DNA of 64,000 nucleotides from Candidatus Poribacteria bacterium. GTDB lineage: Bacteria > Poribacteria > WGA-4E > UBA9662. Positions within the stretch are counted from its first letter, which is position 1, and every line of letters starts with the position of its first letter. Shown one piece after another: positions 38,490 to 47,766 of the stretch. Below the pieces are notes generated by a model. It was not told the DNA's origin. It saw only the letters and a program-made list of their open reading frames with translations, and did not search any database. The stretch is taken from the NCBI GenBank assembly GCA_046582655.1, contig JAYGDX010000141.1:1-64000 (forward strand). Reading direction: 5' to 3'. The position numbers and the translations under genes were made by a program.

Positions 38490-39689
38490 ATGATTTCCTT
38501 CGAACAATACATTCGGGAAAGCGCCATCACCCGGGTTGATATTGATACCTTTTTAGATCCCAATCAACCTACCTGGGCGCAGTTCGATTCAGAACTTGGA
38601 TATATTCTGGGTAACGATATGCCGAAAGATGGTATCGACAGCAGTTACACTATCTCCACAGTGCAGGCTAACGGGCGAAGATCGGCTTACGCTTATTCTG
38701 ACCGTTCATGTAGAATAAACACCTACGGTAATAGCTTTACCCAATGTCATCAGGTTAGTGATGGCGAAACCTGGCAAGAGTATCTGGCCGCACATTTAGG
38801 GGAACCGATTCAGAATTTCGGTGTTGGCGGATATGGAGTCTACCAAGCCTATCGCCGCATGTTGCGAACGGAAGCCACTGATAACGGAGCCGAATACATC
38901 ATCCTTTATATCTGGGGAGACGATCACTATCGCAGCCTGTTGCGGTGTCGGCATATCTTAATCCATCGCTGGTGGGATCACGCCGGTGGACGGATGTTTC
39001 ACGGGAATTTCTGGGCTAATCTTGAAATAGATCTTAATACTGGAAATTTTGTTGAAAAAAACTCGCTGATTTCAATGCAGGAAGACCTCTATCAGATGAC
39101 CGATTCAGACTTTATGTTGGAGGCTACAAAAGACGATTTGATGCTACAGTTAAGCCTTTTTGACTACGTCGATTTCGACACACTCGATTCCGAAAGTCTT
39201 AATATTTTAGCTGAAATGTTGGGAGTATCTACCATCGACAGAAGCAACAGCAAGAAGTTAAAAGCATCAATCAGCAAGCTACGGGACGCTTACGGCTTCT
39301 CCGCTACTAAATACATTGTAAAACAAACCTTAAACTATTGTCAGAATCATCAAAAGGAGATGATGGTCATTACACTATGCCCGAGAGTCGTTCGACAGTT
39401 AATAGAAGGTCATAAACGATACGACCAAGAAATCGTTGATTTTCTCGTAGGTGAGAGCATTCAGCATTTTGATATGAACCTTGTTCATGCAGAAGATTAC
39501 CGAAGTTTTCGCCTGTCAATAGACGATTATTTTAGTCGCTACTTTATCGGTCACTATAACCCAACAGGGAATCACCTGTTTGCCTATTCTCTCAAGGGTC
39601 ATCTTGTCAATTGGTTAGATCCTAAACCGATTACTTACCGTAGTAACCAACAGGAAACAATTGATTTTACAGGATATTTACTAGGTTAA
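38490..39689 (+). CDS. SGNH/GDSL hydrolase-like protein
   Basis: YGNSFTQC (block I), NFGVGGYG (block II), GHYNPTGN (block V). Confidence 0.7.
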   Translation: MISFEQYIRESAITRVDIDTFLDPNQPTWAQFDSELGYILGNDMPKDGIDSSYTISTVQANGRRSAYAYSDRSCRINTYGNSFTQCHQVSDGETWQEYLAAHLGEPIQNFGVGGYGVYQAYRRMLRTEATDNGAEYIILYIWGDDHYRSLLRCRHILIHRWWDHAGGRMFHGNFWANLEIDLNTGNFVEKNSLISMQEDLYQMTDSDFMLEATKDDLMLQLSLFDYVDFDTLDSESLNILAEMLGVSTIDRSNSKKLKASISKLRDAYGFSATKYIVKQTLNYCQNHQKEMMVITLCPRVVRQLIEGHKRYDQEIVDFLVGESIQHFDMNLVHAEDYRSFRLSIDDYFSRYFIGHYNPTGNHLFAYSLKGHLVNWLDPKPITYRSNQQETIDFTGYLLG

Positions 39690-39744
39690 TTTTATTGCTT
39701 AAACTTTAGTTAACTTATGATAGCTAGATTGATCAAAGAAAGAT

Positions 39745-40539
39745 ATGGTGATGGACCATAAGGAAGTCGGCCGCTATTGGGACGCAAATGCCAGCACATG
39801 GACGAGATTGGCCCGCTCCGGTTGCGATATCTATCGAGATTACCTCAACACACCGGCTTTCTTCGATAGGTTACCAGATGTTAAATCACTCCAGGGTTTA
39901 GATATCGGCTGTGGCGAAGGTCATAATACACGACTCCTAGCAAAGCGTGGAGCCCGAATGGAAGCCATCGACATTTCAGAGATATTCATTGAGTACGCCA
40001 AGCAACTTGAAAACCAAGAAACACTGGGCATCGATTATCAAGTTGCCAGTGCGGTCGAATTACCATTTACCGATTGTTCGTTTGATTTTGCCACCGCCTT
40101 TATGAGTTTGATGGATATTGCTGAAATAGATTGCGTCCTAAATGAAATTCACCGTCTGCTTAGGCCCACCGGATTCCTGCAATTTTCTATTACACATCCC
40201 TGTTTTAACACGCCGCATCGGAGAAATCTGCGTGATCTGGATGGACAAACCTATGCAATTGAAGTTGGTGATTACTTTCAAAATCCAAAGGGTAAAATTA
40301 AAGAATGGATTTTTGGAACTGCGCCACCCGAAATGAAGGCCGTATTACCGAAGTTTAAGGTCCCTCAATTCACGCTAACAATTAGTCAATGGCTAAACCT
40401 ATTGATTAAAACGGGATTCACCTTGGAATACGTCAACGAGCCACGTCCAGATGATGAAACAGTTCGTGTATGTCCCGAGATACAGGATGCTCGAGTCGTT
40501 GCCTACTTTCTACATATGCGTGTCAGGAAACCAGGTTGA
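39745..40539 (+). CDS. Class I SAM-dependent methyltransferase
   Basis: LDIGCGEG, IDIS, LPFTDCSFD, LLRPTG..FSITHP. Confidence 0.93.
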   Translation: MVMDHKEVGRYWDANASTWTRLARSGCDIYRDYLNTPAFFDRLPDVKSLQGLDIGCGEGHNTRLLAKRGARMEAIDISEIFIEYAKQLENQETLGIDYQVASAVELPFTDCSFDFATAFMSLMDIAEIDCVLNEIHRLLRPTGFLQFSITHPCFNTPHRRNLRDLDGQTYAIEVGDYFQNPKGKIKEWIFGTAPPEMKAVLPKFKVPQFTLTISQWLNLLIKTGFTLEYVNEPRPDDETVRVCPEIQDARVVAYFLHMRVRKPG

Positions 40540-40640
40540 CAGATGACCCAGGTTTTACCGTTTCTAACTTCGTAAACCAAAGGCAGTAAGCAGAGCATCA
40601 CCGGTGGATAGTCCTTCCAGCAACGATTTGAATAGACGAA

Positions 40641-42401
40641 TCACGAACGGGGTATCTTATCAACCACCGGACCTTTCGGCGCGTCACCACTGTAAAGTGC
40701 CGATCCCCGCTCATAGGACACCTCAACAACACCGTCTTTCACTTCTAGTCGAGGCACGTTATGCTGTCTGGCATCCCGATCGGTTCCACGCATAACGGCC
40801 AACTGTGCGTCTGTCATCCCTTCTATCAAATGGTGACTCCACCGGTTCCAGGGCTGTGCCATCTCGCCGCCGCTACGGTGAAAGCTCCGTGAAGAATACT
40901 TGATCAAAACCGCTCGTCTGGGAATTGGGTTTTTCCAAGCTGTGGTTCCGTGAGTGAGTGCCCCATCAGCAAAAAACAGGACATCACCAGCTTTCATAAC
41001 CAATTGCTCCACCAATCCCATATGGTCATCATAGGACCGCACACCTGGAGGCAAAGGATATTTCGCTTTATGCGAACCAGGTACACAGGCAAATCCACCT
41101 AGGCCTGGTAGAACATCCCGCAACTGCCAAGTGATCGTCACGGCTTCTGCATAGCTTCGGCCACTCTGAAATTGATAGCCCATCGGCGGATACATGGGTT
41201 CTCCACCATCGTGAAGGGAATGTCCAGAGGTTCCTTGCACTGCGCAGAACACCGTGGGGCCGCTCATTCGAGCACCGCTACCGCCCATCCAGTTCAACCG
41301 ATGTTGCACAGGTGGGTAAGATACCATCCTTCGGAACGACTTGCAATATGGCTGAGGCAACTCCAGCAAACCGCCTAGCGTTGGACGTCCTGTCCCTGCC
41401 AAGCTTTTTGAACCCCGTGATAACTCTTCGCCCACCACAATTCGGTCTTGGAACTGGTCTATGGCATGATTTGCCTCTTCCAACCACGCCTCGTTCATTA
41501 CCCCACGCAACACCAGATATCCATTCAACTCCCAAAAATAGAATTCCTTATGATCAATCCCAGAATCTATATCCAGTTTGTAAATTGATGGGTGGAACAC
41601 TTCGCGCGACTCATCGAGTTCCACTGTCTCACCGTCCGTTACAACCACCGGTGGAGGTACTGAGTATTGATAATCCGGACGGTAAAGCGATGCACTTTGC
41701 TCGGTAGAAATATCCTGATGCCATTCAGGAGAAGGATTCTCCTTGGTCTTGGCTCCCGTCCCGGCAGACTGAAGAGCAGCCCTGCCAACATAAGGATAAC
41801 TCAACAGTCGTTGCGGACCTTTCCCATTCCATGGTCGCATCCCCTGCAATATTGTTCCTGCTACCAGTAACAGGTCACCTGTCTTCAGCGACGGCTGAAA
41901 CGTCAAGCCTACATCATCTCCGCCTGTGGCAACGTCTTCAGGCGTCTCCACGTTGGATTTGTGAGTACCCGGTACCATCACGAACCCGCCGTCACCTTCT
42001 TTCACATCAGCAAGTGCCCAGATCGCCTGAACCACTTGGCAATATCTACGCCCGTTCTGAAAATAGTAGGCTCTGGCCGGGTCTCTTGGCTCGCTACCAC
42101 CAACAAGCGGTGCTGTCACATCGCAAGTGGAATCGCATAACAATTTGGGTTCTTGATCCAGCCGAAAACCATATCCAATGATCTGATTAAGATACCACAC
42201 CAATCTGGAATGCACCAAAAGATCCCGAAACGGGGTTTGCAACGGAGCCGGCCAGCCTAACATTTCCCTGGTCTGTCCACTTTCGTCTAGTGCTTGACAT
42301 AGTGCGTTGACCTCATCTCCGATCAATACCCCCGGAACATGCAGATAACCCGCTACATCAAAGCAGTAGTTTTCCTCATTGCTCATCGTTCCCCAATCCA
42401 T
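40641..42401 (-). CDS. Tandem two-domain PhyH-family protein
   Basis: Two copies of Y.F...GYL...GGF..VPG(T/S)HK..GD; ATG 42401 after GGAGG. Confidence 0.9.
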   Translation of the reverse strand: MDWGTMSNEENYCFDVAGYLHVPGVLIGDEVNALCQALDESGQTREMLGWPAPLQTPFRDLLVHSRLVWYLNQIIGYGFRLDQEPKLLCDSTCDVTAPLVGGSEPRDPARAYYFQNGRRYCQVVQAIWALADVKEGDGGFVMVPGTHKSNVETPEDVATGGDDVGLTFQPSLKTGDLLLVAGTILQGMRPWNGKGPQRLLSYPYVGRAALQSAGTGAKTKENPSPEWHQDISTEQSASLYRPDYQYSVPPPVVVTDGETVELDESREVFHPSIYKLDIDSGIDHKEFYFWELNGYLVLRGVMNEAWLEEANHAIDQFQDRIVVGEELSRGSKSLAGTGRPTLGGLLELPQPYCKSFRRMVSYPPVQHRLNWMGGSGARMSGPTVFCAVQGTSGHSLHDGGEPMYPPMGYQFQSGRSYAEAVTITWQLRDVLPGLGGFACVPGSHKAKYPLPPGVRSYDDHMGLVEQLVMKAGDVLFFADGALTHGTTAWKNPIPRRAVLIKYSSRSFHRSGGEMAQPWNRWSHHLIEGMTDAQLAVMRGTDRDARQHNVPRLEVKDGVVEVSYERGSALYSGDAPKGPVVDKIPRS

Positions 42402-42533
42402 CAGCAACCTCCTGTTTGGAAATTTAAGATTAGCCGAAACAACACTAACCCTGAGAGATTAATCCCACATTTCAGTCAATGAGCATTAACATCAATTTGG
42501 GACGAATTTAAATTCATTCTATCAAAATTAAAT
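42337..42533. repeat. Diverged ~200-bp direct repeat, copy 1 (5' end and upstream region of the tandem PhyH gene)
   Basis: Aligns by eye with 46761-46960 (shared GCTACATCAAAGCAGTAGTTT, TAAGATTAGCCGAAA, TTAACATCAATTTGGGAC). Confidence 0.9.
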
Positions 42534-42839
42534 AAAAATCTGGACTAGTTTAGCACATAAAAAAAGGTTAGACTAGCCCGGGATTTCTGGCACCATAAGG
42601 ATAATAGATATCAACTAAAATCTGGCGGCTAAAGATAATAGCCACGCAGCCATTGCTGTGGTCACCTGATCCACAGTGAGATTGCCACGTGACTCAAAGA
42701 TGAACGATGTCAAAGAGACGCGAACTTCTTTTCTGACTAACTGTTCCAGAGATCAAAGAGGATGTCAAAGTCTCACTGAACTGCAGATATAAAATCAAAA
42801 ATCAACAGACCAAACTGTGATAGCGTGCCAGCCAATAGG

Positions 42840-44057
42840 CTAACAAATAATCGACGCCGCTATACTGAATATGAATGCCATGACGCCCTGCATACCCGGT
42901 TGCTCGACGAGCCTCCTCCCTCGCATAGTAGTTCCAGCCAAACTCTTTTGGTGGCCGCCACTCAATCGGCAGGTAATTGCCACGTCTGTTTGGAAGGCGA
43001 TCTCTCTCCCAAGATATAAGCTAAAGGAATCTGTATTGGGCGCAGTAAGTCTCCATCTTTTAGTAGGTCTCTGGCTCGCTGATCCCAACGGGTTTCGCCC
43101 GTTGTAGCATAGCGCAAACTTTCTGCCCCAACGTAAAGACCGGTGATCCAATCGGCATCCTCTTGCCACTGATTTTGTTGTGTGGTTGAGGGGAAACGGG
43201 TATCCAAAACCGAAACCACTTGCCCCTCAACTAGGCAACGCTGCCGAAGAAACTCCTCAATCCGATCTACTTTTTGCCGAAGTAGACACGTCCTCGACCA
43301 TGGATCATCACCTTGACACACTAAGCGAGGAGACACAACTTCGTTTTCTAACAAGGGGACAAGATCGTGATAGGAAAACCCATTTTCTGATATTCCGAAA
43401 ATAATCCATATCTTCTTCTAGGTTTAGACTCTTGTTCACCCCCCACAAATCACGAATCACCAGTATGTCCAGTTGACTTTGGTCGATCGCTTGCTGCCAA
43501 GATTTACGCCAAACTCGACGTAACCGCTTGACATGACCACACCATTCCTGATCCTGCTGATTGACTTCGTAATGCCGCCCTGTTAGTTTGGGACGAGGTC
43601 CAGATGCCGAACAAGCGACCGAATAGCCGAGTTGATGACAATGCGAAACCACTTGAAGTAAGAAGTTACCCCCCCCATTTTTTTTAGCGGTTGGTCTAGG
43701 TCGATCGGGATATAGAAGCCTGCCAATGAACCAGCATCTTAGTATAAATCGGCTAATTCGCTAGCCGTGGTTTGGCAACGTTGACTGAGTGCCTGTAATG
43801 ACTTATCGTAATGCCATTCGGTAGTTGTGTAACAGGCATCCAGACCCAGCCAAACATCAATCTGATGATCCACAGTAGTCTCAAGCAACTGTTTGATCCA
43901 GTCACCATCGCTAGTAAGATCCAGGTCTGATCATGAGTCTTTGATGGATAAAAACTACGTCTGTGTCCGCTAGTCCATTTGCCATTCGCTTAACGTGAAC
44001 AGCAAAACTGTTCCAACGGAGTGCCAAGATTGGATTGATGAAAAAACCGTCTAGCAT
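42840..44057 (-). pseudogene. Decayed glycoside-hydrolase-like gene: DUF4434-like TIM barrel + start of an alpha/alpha-barrel domain
   Basis: DWIKQLLETTVDHQIDVWLGLD..ASELADLY*DAGSLAGFYIP; LDILVIRDLWG; EDADWITGLYVGAESLRYATTGE; several frameshifts and stops. Confidence 0.55.
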
Positions 44058-44600
44058 TTAAAACTTAGTGACTCGTTTAGAGATTGCCTAACAGCTTTTC
44101 ATACTACTATAGTATCACAGAATCGGAAAATTGAGAGTGACATAGTATCTGCTTGCAGATGCGAGTCGAAAGCATTCCAGCGAGACCTTTTCATATACCA
44201 TCATATCAGCAGATCAGCTTACTAAAATCAACCCAGATGCTTATAGCGGAACTGCCCAATTTAGTATGGTTACTGCCACGGCAACCTGAAGAAAATGGCG
44301 TGACTCTGGCACCAAAAAGTGCACTTAAATGTGGCGCGGTTCCGGAGGAATCCTTCTGTTTTCTCAGACACAATACCTCCGTCCAAGAATTCGCCAAGGA
44401 AGCAGGCAATCCCAATAATATCGGAGATAATCTGGTGATATATGCTGAAATGATCTTAACCAGTCGTTGCAGTTGGCAGCGAGGATCTATGGCTCTTTGA
44501 CCGTTTCTTAGCAAACTCCTCCTAGGCAACTAAACTTGGTTTAATGTGCGGTAGAAAAAGGGGTTTGGAAATTAGAGCAACCGGCTGACAGACATTATTT

Positions 44601-44808
44601 GATGGAGATGACGAGAGAAAATTTGGTATCTACGCCATTCAGGTCGATCCCAACTATCAGAATCAAGGTATTGGTACCAACACGATCAGAAGAACTCTGA
44701 TGATTCCAGCCGAGCATGGAATTCCAGAGTTCCATCTTTGAAGGAAAGATGATCCTTGTGCTCAATCGCTGTACGAGCCCTTGGATTCCAACCAACCGAG
44801 GCAATATA
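44601..44808 (+). pseudogene. GNAT acetyltransferase remnant
   Basis: IYAIQVDPNYQNQGIG (motif A) ... AQSLYE.LGF with an internal TGA and a frameshift. Confidence 0.7.
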
Positions 44809-45002
44809 ATATAGAAGAGGCAAAACAATAGGATGTAGGTACAGGAGATTAACTGGCACACTTCGTACCTGATCTCCGACACTGGACCAAGGACAAGCTA
44901 TAATTTTTTAATCTGAATTGCCTACCGCGTCCCTCACCTCTCCCATGGCGATGGTCTTATGACCTGGCCAATACATGTGGTTGAGTAACAGTTGCCTCGC
45001 TT

Positions 45003-45030
45003 TTGAAAAAAATGATTTTTAGGGTAAAAT
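45003..45030 (+). promoter_or_regulatory. Sigma70-like promoter upstream of the sulfatase
   Basis: TTGAAA-16 nt-TAAAAT. Confidence 0.4.
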
Positions 45031-45069
45031 ATATGTTAGAAGTCAGCATATTTTAAAGGACCATTTCCG

Positions 45070-46365
45070 ATGTCGGACTCAAAAAGCCAACCCAACTTTC
45101 TATGGATCTATGGCGAAGACCTGTCACCAGACTTAGCTTGTTATGGTACCCTTGTTGTACAAACCCCAAACCTGGATCGCTTGGCAGCCGAGGGTGCTCG
45201 GTATACCAACGCTTTTGTTACCTGCTCAGTTTGTTCTCCCAGTCGATCTGCCATTATCACAGGAACTGACCAAGTCAGCTTTGATGCCCACAACCACCGT
45301 AGTAATCGAGACAAACCTTTACGTCAGGAGATGCAACTAATTACCGATTGCTTTCGCTCAGCTGGCTATTTTACCAGTAACAGTCCAGGTCCACCTTACA
45401 ATCGAGCTGGCAAAACTGACTTCAATTTTGTCGCTGAAAATCCATTCGACGGAATTGATTGGAGCCAACGTGCTGATGGACAACCCTTTTATGCTCAGAT
45501 CAACATTCCTGTAACACATCGTGATTTTGTACCAGATCTTAATCGACCAATTGACCCAGAAGATGTCGAGATTCCACCCTATTATCCCAACCACCCGATT
45601 ACTCACAAAGATTGGGCAATGTATTTGGAGAGTATTCAAGTTTTGGATCGAAGAGTAGGCTGGATCCTCAAACGATTAGACGAGGAAAACTTAACCGAGA
45701 ACACTGTCATCTTCTTCATGAGCGATCATGGTCGTGCACATCCTAGAGGGAAGCAGTTTTTGTACGACGGCGGTACTCGGATTCCGCTAATTGTACGTTG
45801 GCCAGATAAAATCGAAGCAGGTACAATTGTCGAGGATCTCGTGAGTGGTGTCGATTTCGCTCCTACTACCTTGTCGATTGCGGGATTAGAAGTGCCCGAT
45901 TTCATGCAAGGTCAAATCTTCTTGGGAGAGCAAGCCAATCAGCGTCGTGCCGTTTTTTCGGCTCGTGACCGATGTGACGAAACCGATGACCGCATCCGAG
46001 CCGCCAGAAACAAACGGTTCAAATATATCCGGAATTATTATCCCGACCGACCTTATACTCAATTTAACGCCTACAAGAAGAACCAATATCCAGTACTAAC
46101 GCTGATGGAAGTTCTCCACGATCAAGGAAAACTAACATCAGAACAGGCTCAGTTCATGGCCGAAACACGGCCAGTAGAGGAATTTTACGACCTAGAGTCC
46201 GATCCATACGAACTGAATAATCTGATTGAGCACTCAGATCTACAAGATCAGGTAGCTAGACTTAAACATGAATTAGATCAGTGGATTCATCAAACAGGCG
46301 ATATGGGTGCCATTCCAGAATCGGAAGAAATCGCAACAGCCTGGGATCAACAGATGGCAAACTAA
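45070..46365 (+). CDS. Cys-type sulfatase (N-sulfoglucosamine sulfohydrolase-like); probable original end at 46458
   Basis: GEDLS, VCSPSRSAIITG, SDHG..RGKQFLYD, EFYDLESDPYE. Confidence 0.9.
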   Translation: MSDSKSQPNFLWIYGEDLSPDLACYGTLVVQTPNLDRLAAEGARYTNAFVTCSVCSPSRSAIITGTDQVSFDAHNHRSNRDKPLRQEMQLITDCFRSAGYFTSNSPGPPYNRAGKTDFNFVAENPFDGIDWSQRADGQPFYAQINIPVTHRDFVPDLNRPIDPEDVEIPPYYPNHPITHKDWAMYLESIQVLDRRVGWILKRLDEENLTENTVIFFMSDHGRAHPRGKQFLYDGGTRIPLIVRWPDKIEAGTIVEDLVSGVDFAPTTLSIAGLEVPDFMQGQIFLGEQANQRRAVFSARDRCDETDDRIRAARNKRFKYIRNYYPDRPYTQFNAYKKNQYPVLTLMEVLHDQGKLTSEQAQFMAETRPVEEFYDLESDPYELNNLIEHSDLQDQVARLKHELDQWIHQTGDMGAIPESEEIATAWDQQMAN

Positions 46366-46507
46366 TTTTCAAAATGGATGCAGGAAAAAGGATTATCCGC
46401 TGAGACCGACAATCTAACCTATTTGGACTGGTGGGAACAGCAACTTGGGTGCGACTAGGTCAACTGCGAAGTGAGTTGCTCATTTTTTGTTTAAGGAATT
46501 TGTATTT

Positions 46508-46723
46508 ATACACTAATTAACCGGCAAATCGAGCATTTTCGACAACAAGGATATTTAGAGCTGTTTGAAACCATGACCGAGGCACTACGATCACAATCAG
46601 AATCCGCATGAATGGACCAACGTGGAAACGAATGAAGCATATGCCGGCATCAAAAAAGAGCTTCGTCAGCAATTAATGCATTGGCTTGAGGGAAGCAAGA
46701 TACCGCAAGGATACAAAGGTTGA
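46508..46723 (+). pseudogene. Fused gene scraps: PhyH N-terminus + sulfatase C-terminus
   Basis: RQIEHFRQQGYLEL, then YDHNQNPHEWTNVETNEAYAGIKKELRQQLMHWL. Confidence 0.55.
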
Positions 46724-46760
46724 AAAAGAAGACCATGGCACCCCTGGATTACCCCACCAA

Positions 46761-46960
46761 ACATGCAGACAGCCTGCTACATCAAAGCAGTAGTTTCCTT
46801 CGCTGCTCATCGCTACCCAATCCATCAGGAACCTCTTGTTTGGAATGGTAAGATTAGCCGAAATCTCACTATTTCTAAAGAGGAGATTAACCCCGCGTTC
46901 CAGTCAATGGGCCTTAACATCAATTTGGGACAGATTTATAGATCATTTTTCAAAATAAAT
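46761..46960. repeat. Diverged ~200-bp direct repeat, copy 2 (truncated PhyH 5' end)
   Basis: Minus strand reads MDWVAMSSEGNYCFDVAGCLHV versus MDWGTMSNEENYCFDVAGYLHV in copy 1. Confidence 0.9.
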
Positions 46961-46991
46961 CAATGCCTCAAGTTCCTAAGTCTAGATATGT

Positions 46992-47765
46992 CTAGCTTTT
47001 GACAAGAAAACGCGCAAGATTCTGAGTCCGATCAGAAAGGGTCTGATAAAGCTGAAGAGGTAAGTGCGGTTGAAGGCGGCTATCCCGATACCAAGGCGCA
47101 AAGTAGCCAACACCGAGCATAGGCCGAATTTGGTCCGAATTATTCGAGGTTCCACCATGCCAGCATCGAACATCACGGACAATGGCCGTACCTGCCGGAG
47201 CACAAATAAAGGATTGTTTGAGGCGTTCCGGCTCCTCTTCCAATGTAGGGATTGGCGTACGCGTTCGATGTGTTCCCGGCACGAAGCGTGTAGCACCATT
47301 CATCTGCGTAAATTCAACCATCAAATAGTTAACAACGATGAATGGTGTTGGTACGTCCTTAACGGTGACGAGTCCCAACGAATCATTGAAAAAATCACCG
47401 AGATCACTATGAAGCGACTGAATTTCGGCTCCTGGTGTAGAGTAGTCACCGCCCACGCCGGAACAGACAAAGTCAGAGCTATTCCAAATGGCCTCCAGAA
47501 TTGGAAGAATAGATGGGTTATCAATTAACTGAGCCCATTCCAGATGATGGACCTGTGAACCAAAAGAGTAGCGAGCATATCCGCGATTGGCTTGATCCAG
47601 CGGAATTTGTTCCATCTGTTGGGTGATGACACGTTCAGCTCCGGATTGGGCGGTGACAAGTTGACTGGCTGTTAACGCATTTTGAATAACGACGAAACCG
47701 TCTCGATGAAAGACTTTAGCCGCTTTTCCTATTTCCTTAGGATCAAGGATCTCAACCTGAAGCAT
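46992..47765 (-). CDS. PhyH-family dioxygenase (canonical HxD)
   Basis: FHRDGFVV, QSLHSD, NGATRFVPGTH, RCWHGG..IRPM; ATG at 47765. Confidence 0.92.
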   Translation of the reverse strand: MLQVEILDPKEIGKAAKVFHRDGFVVIQNALTASQLVTAQSGAERVITQQMEQIPLDQANRGYARYSFGSQVHHLEWAQLIDNPSILPILEAIWNSSDFVCSGVGGDYSTPGAEIQSLHSDLGDFFNDSLGLVTVKDVPTPFIVVNYLMVEFTQMNGATRFVPGTHRTRTPIPTLEEEPERLKQSFICAPAGTAIVRDVRCWHGGTSNNSDQIRPMLGVGYFAPWYRDSRLQPHLPLQLYQTLSDRTQNLARFLVKS

Positions 47766-47766
47766 A

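Noticed and set aside
43300..44060. Transposase remnant between the direct repeats
   Set aside because: No DDE or HUH motifs or terminal inverted repeats seen; fragments read better as a glycosidase-like pseudogene.
44153..44529. Overlapping 115-aa (+) and 107-aa (-) ORFs as real genes
   Set aside because: No recognisable motifs or RBS; the plus ORF may be the decayed front part of the GNAT remnant.
4776..46458. Stop-codon reassignment explaining the in-frame TAG/TAA codons
   Set aside because: Internal stops are a mix of TAG, TAA and TGA accompanied by frameshifts, and intact genes end in all three stops; ordinary decay or assembly error is simpler.
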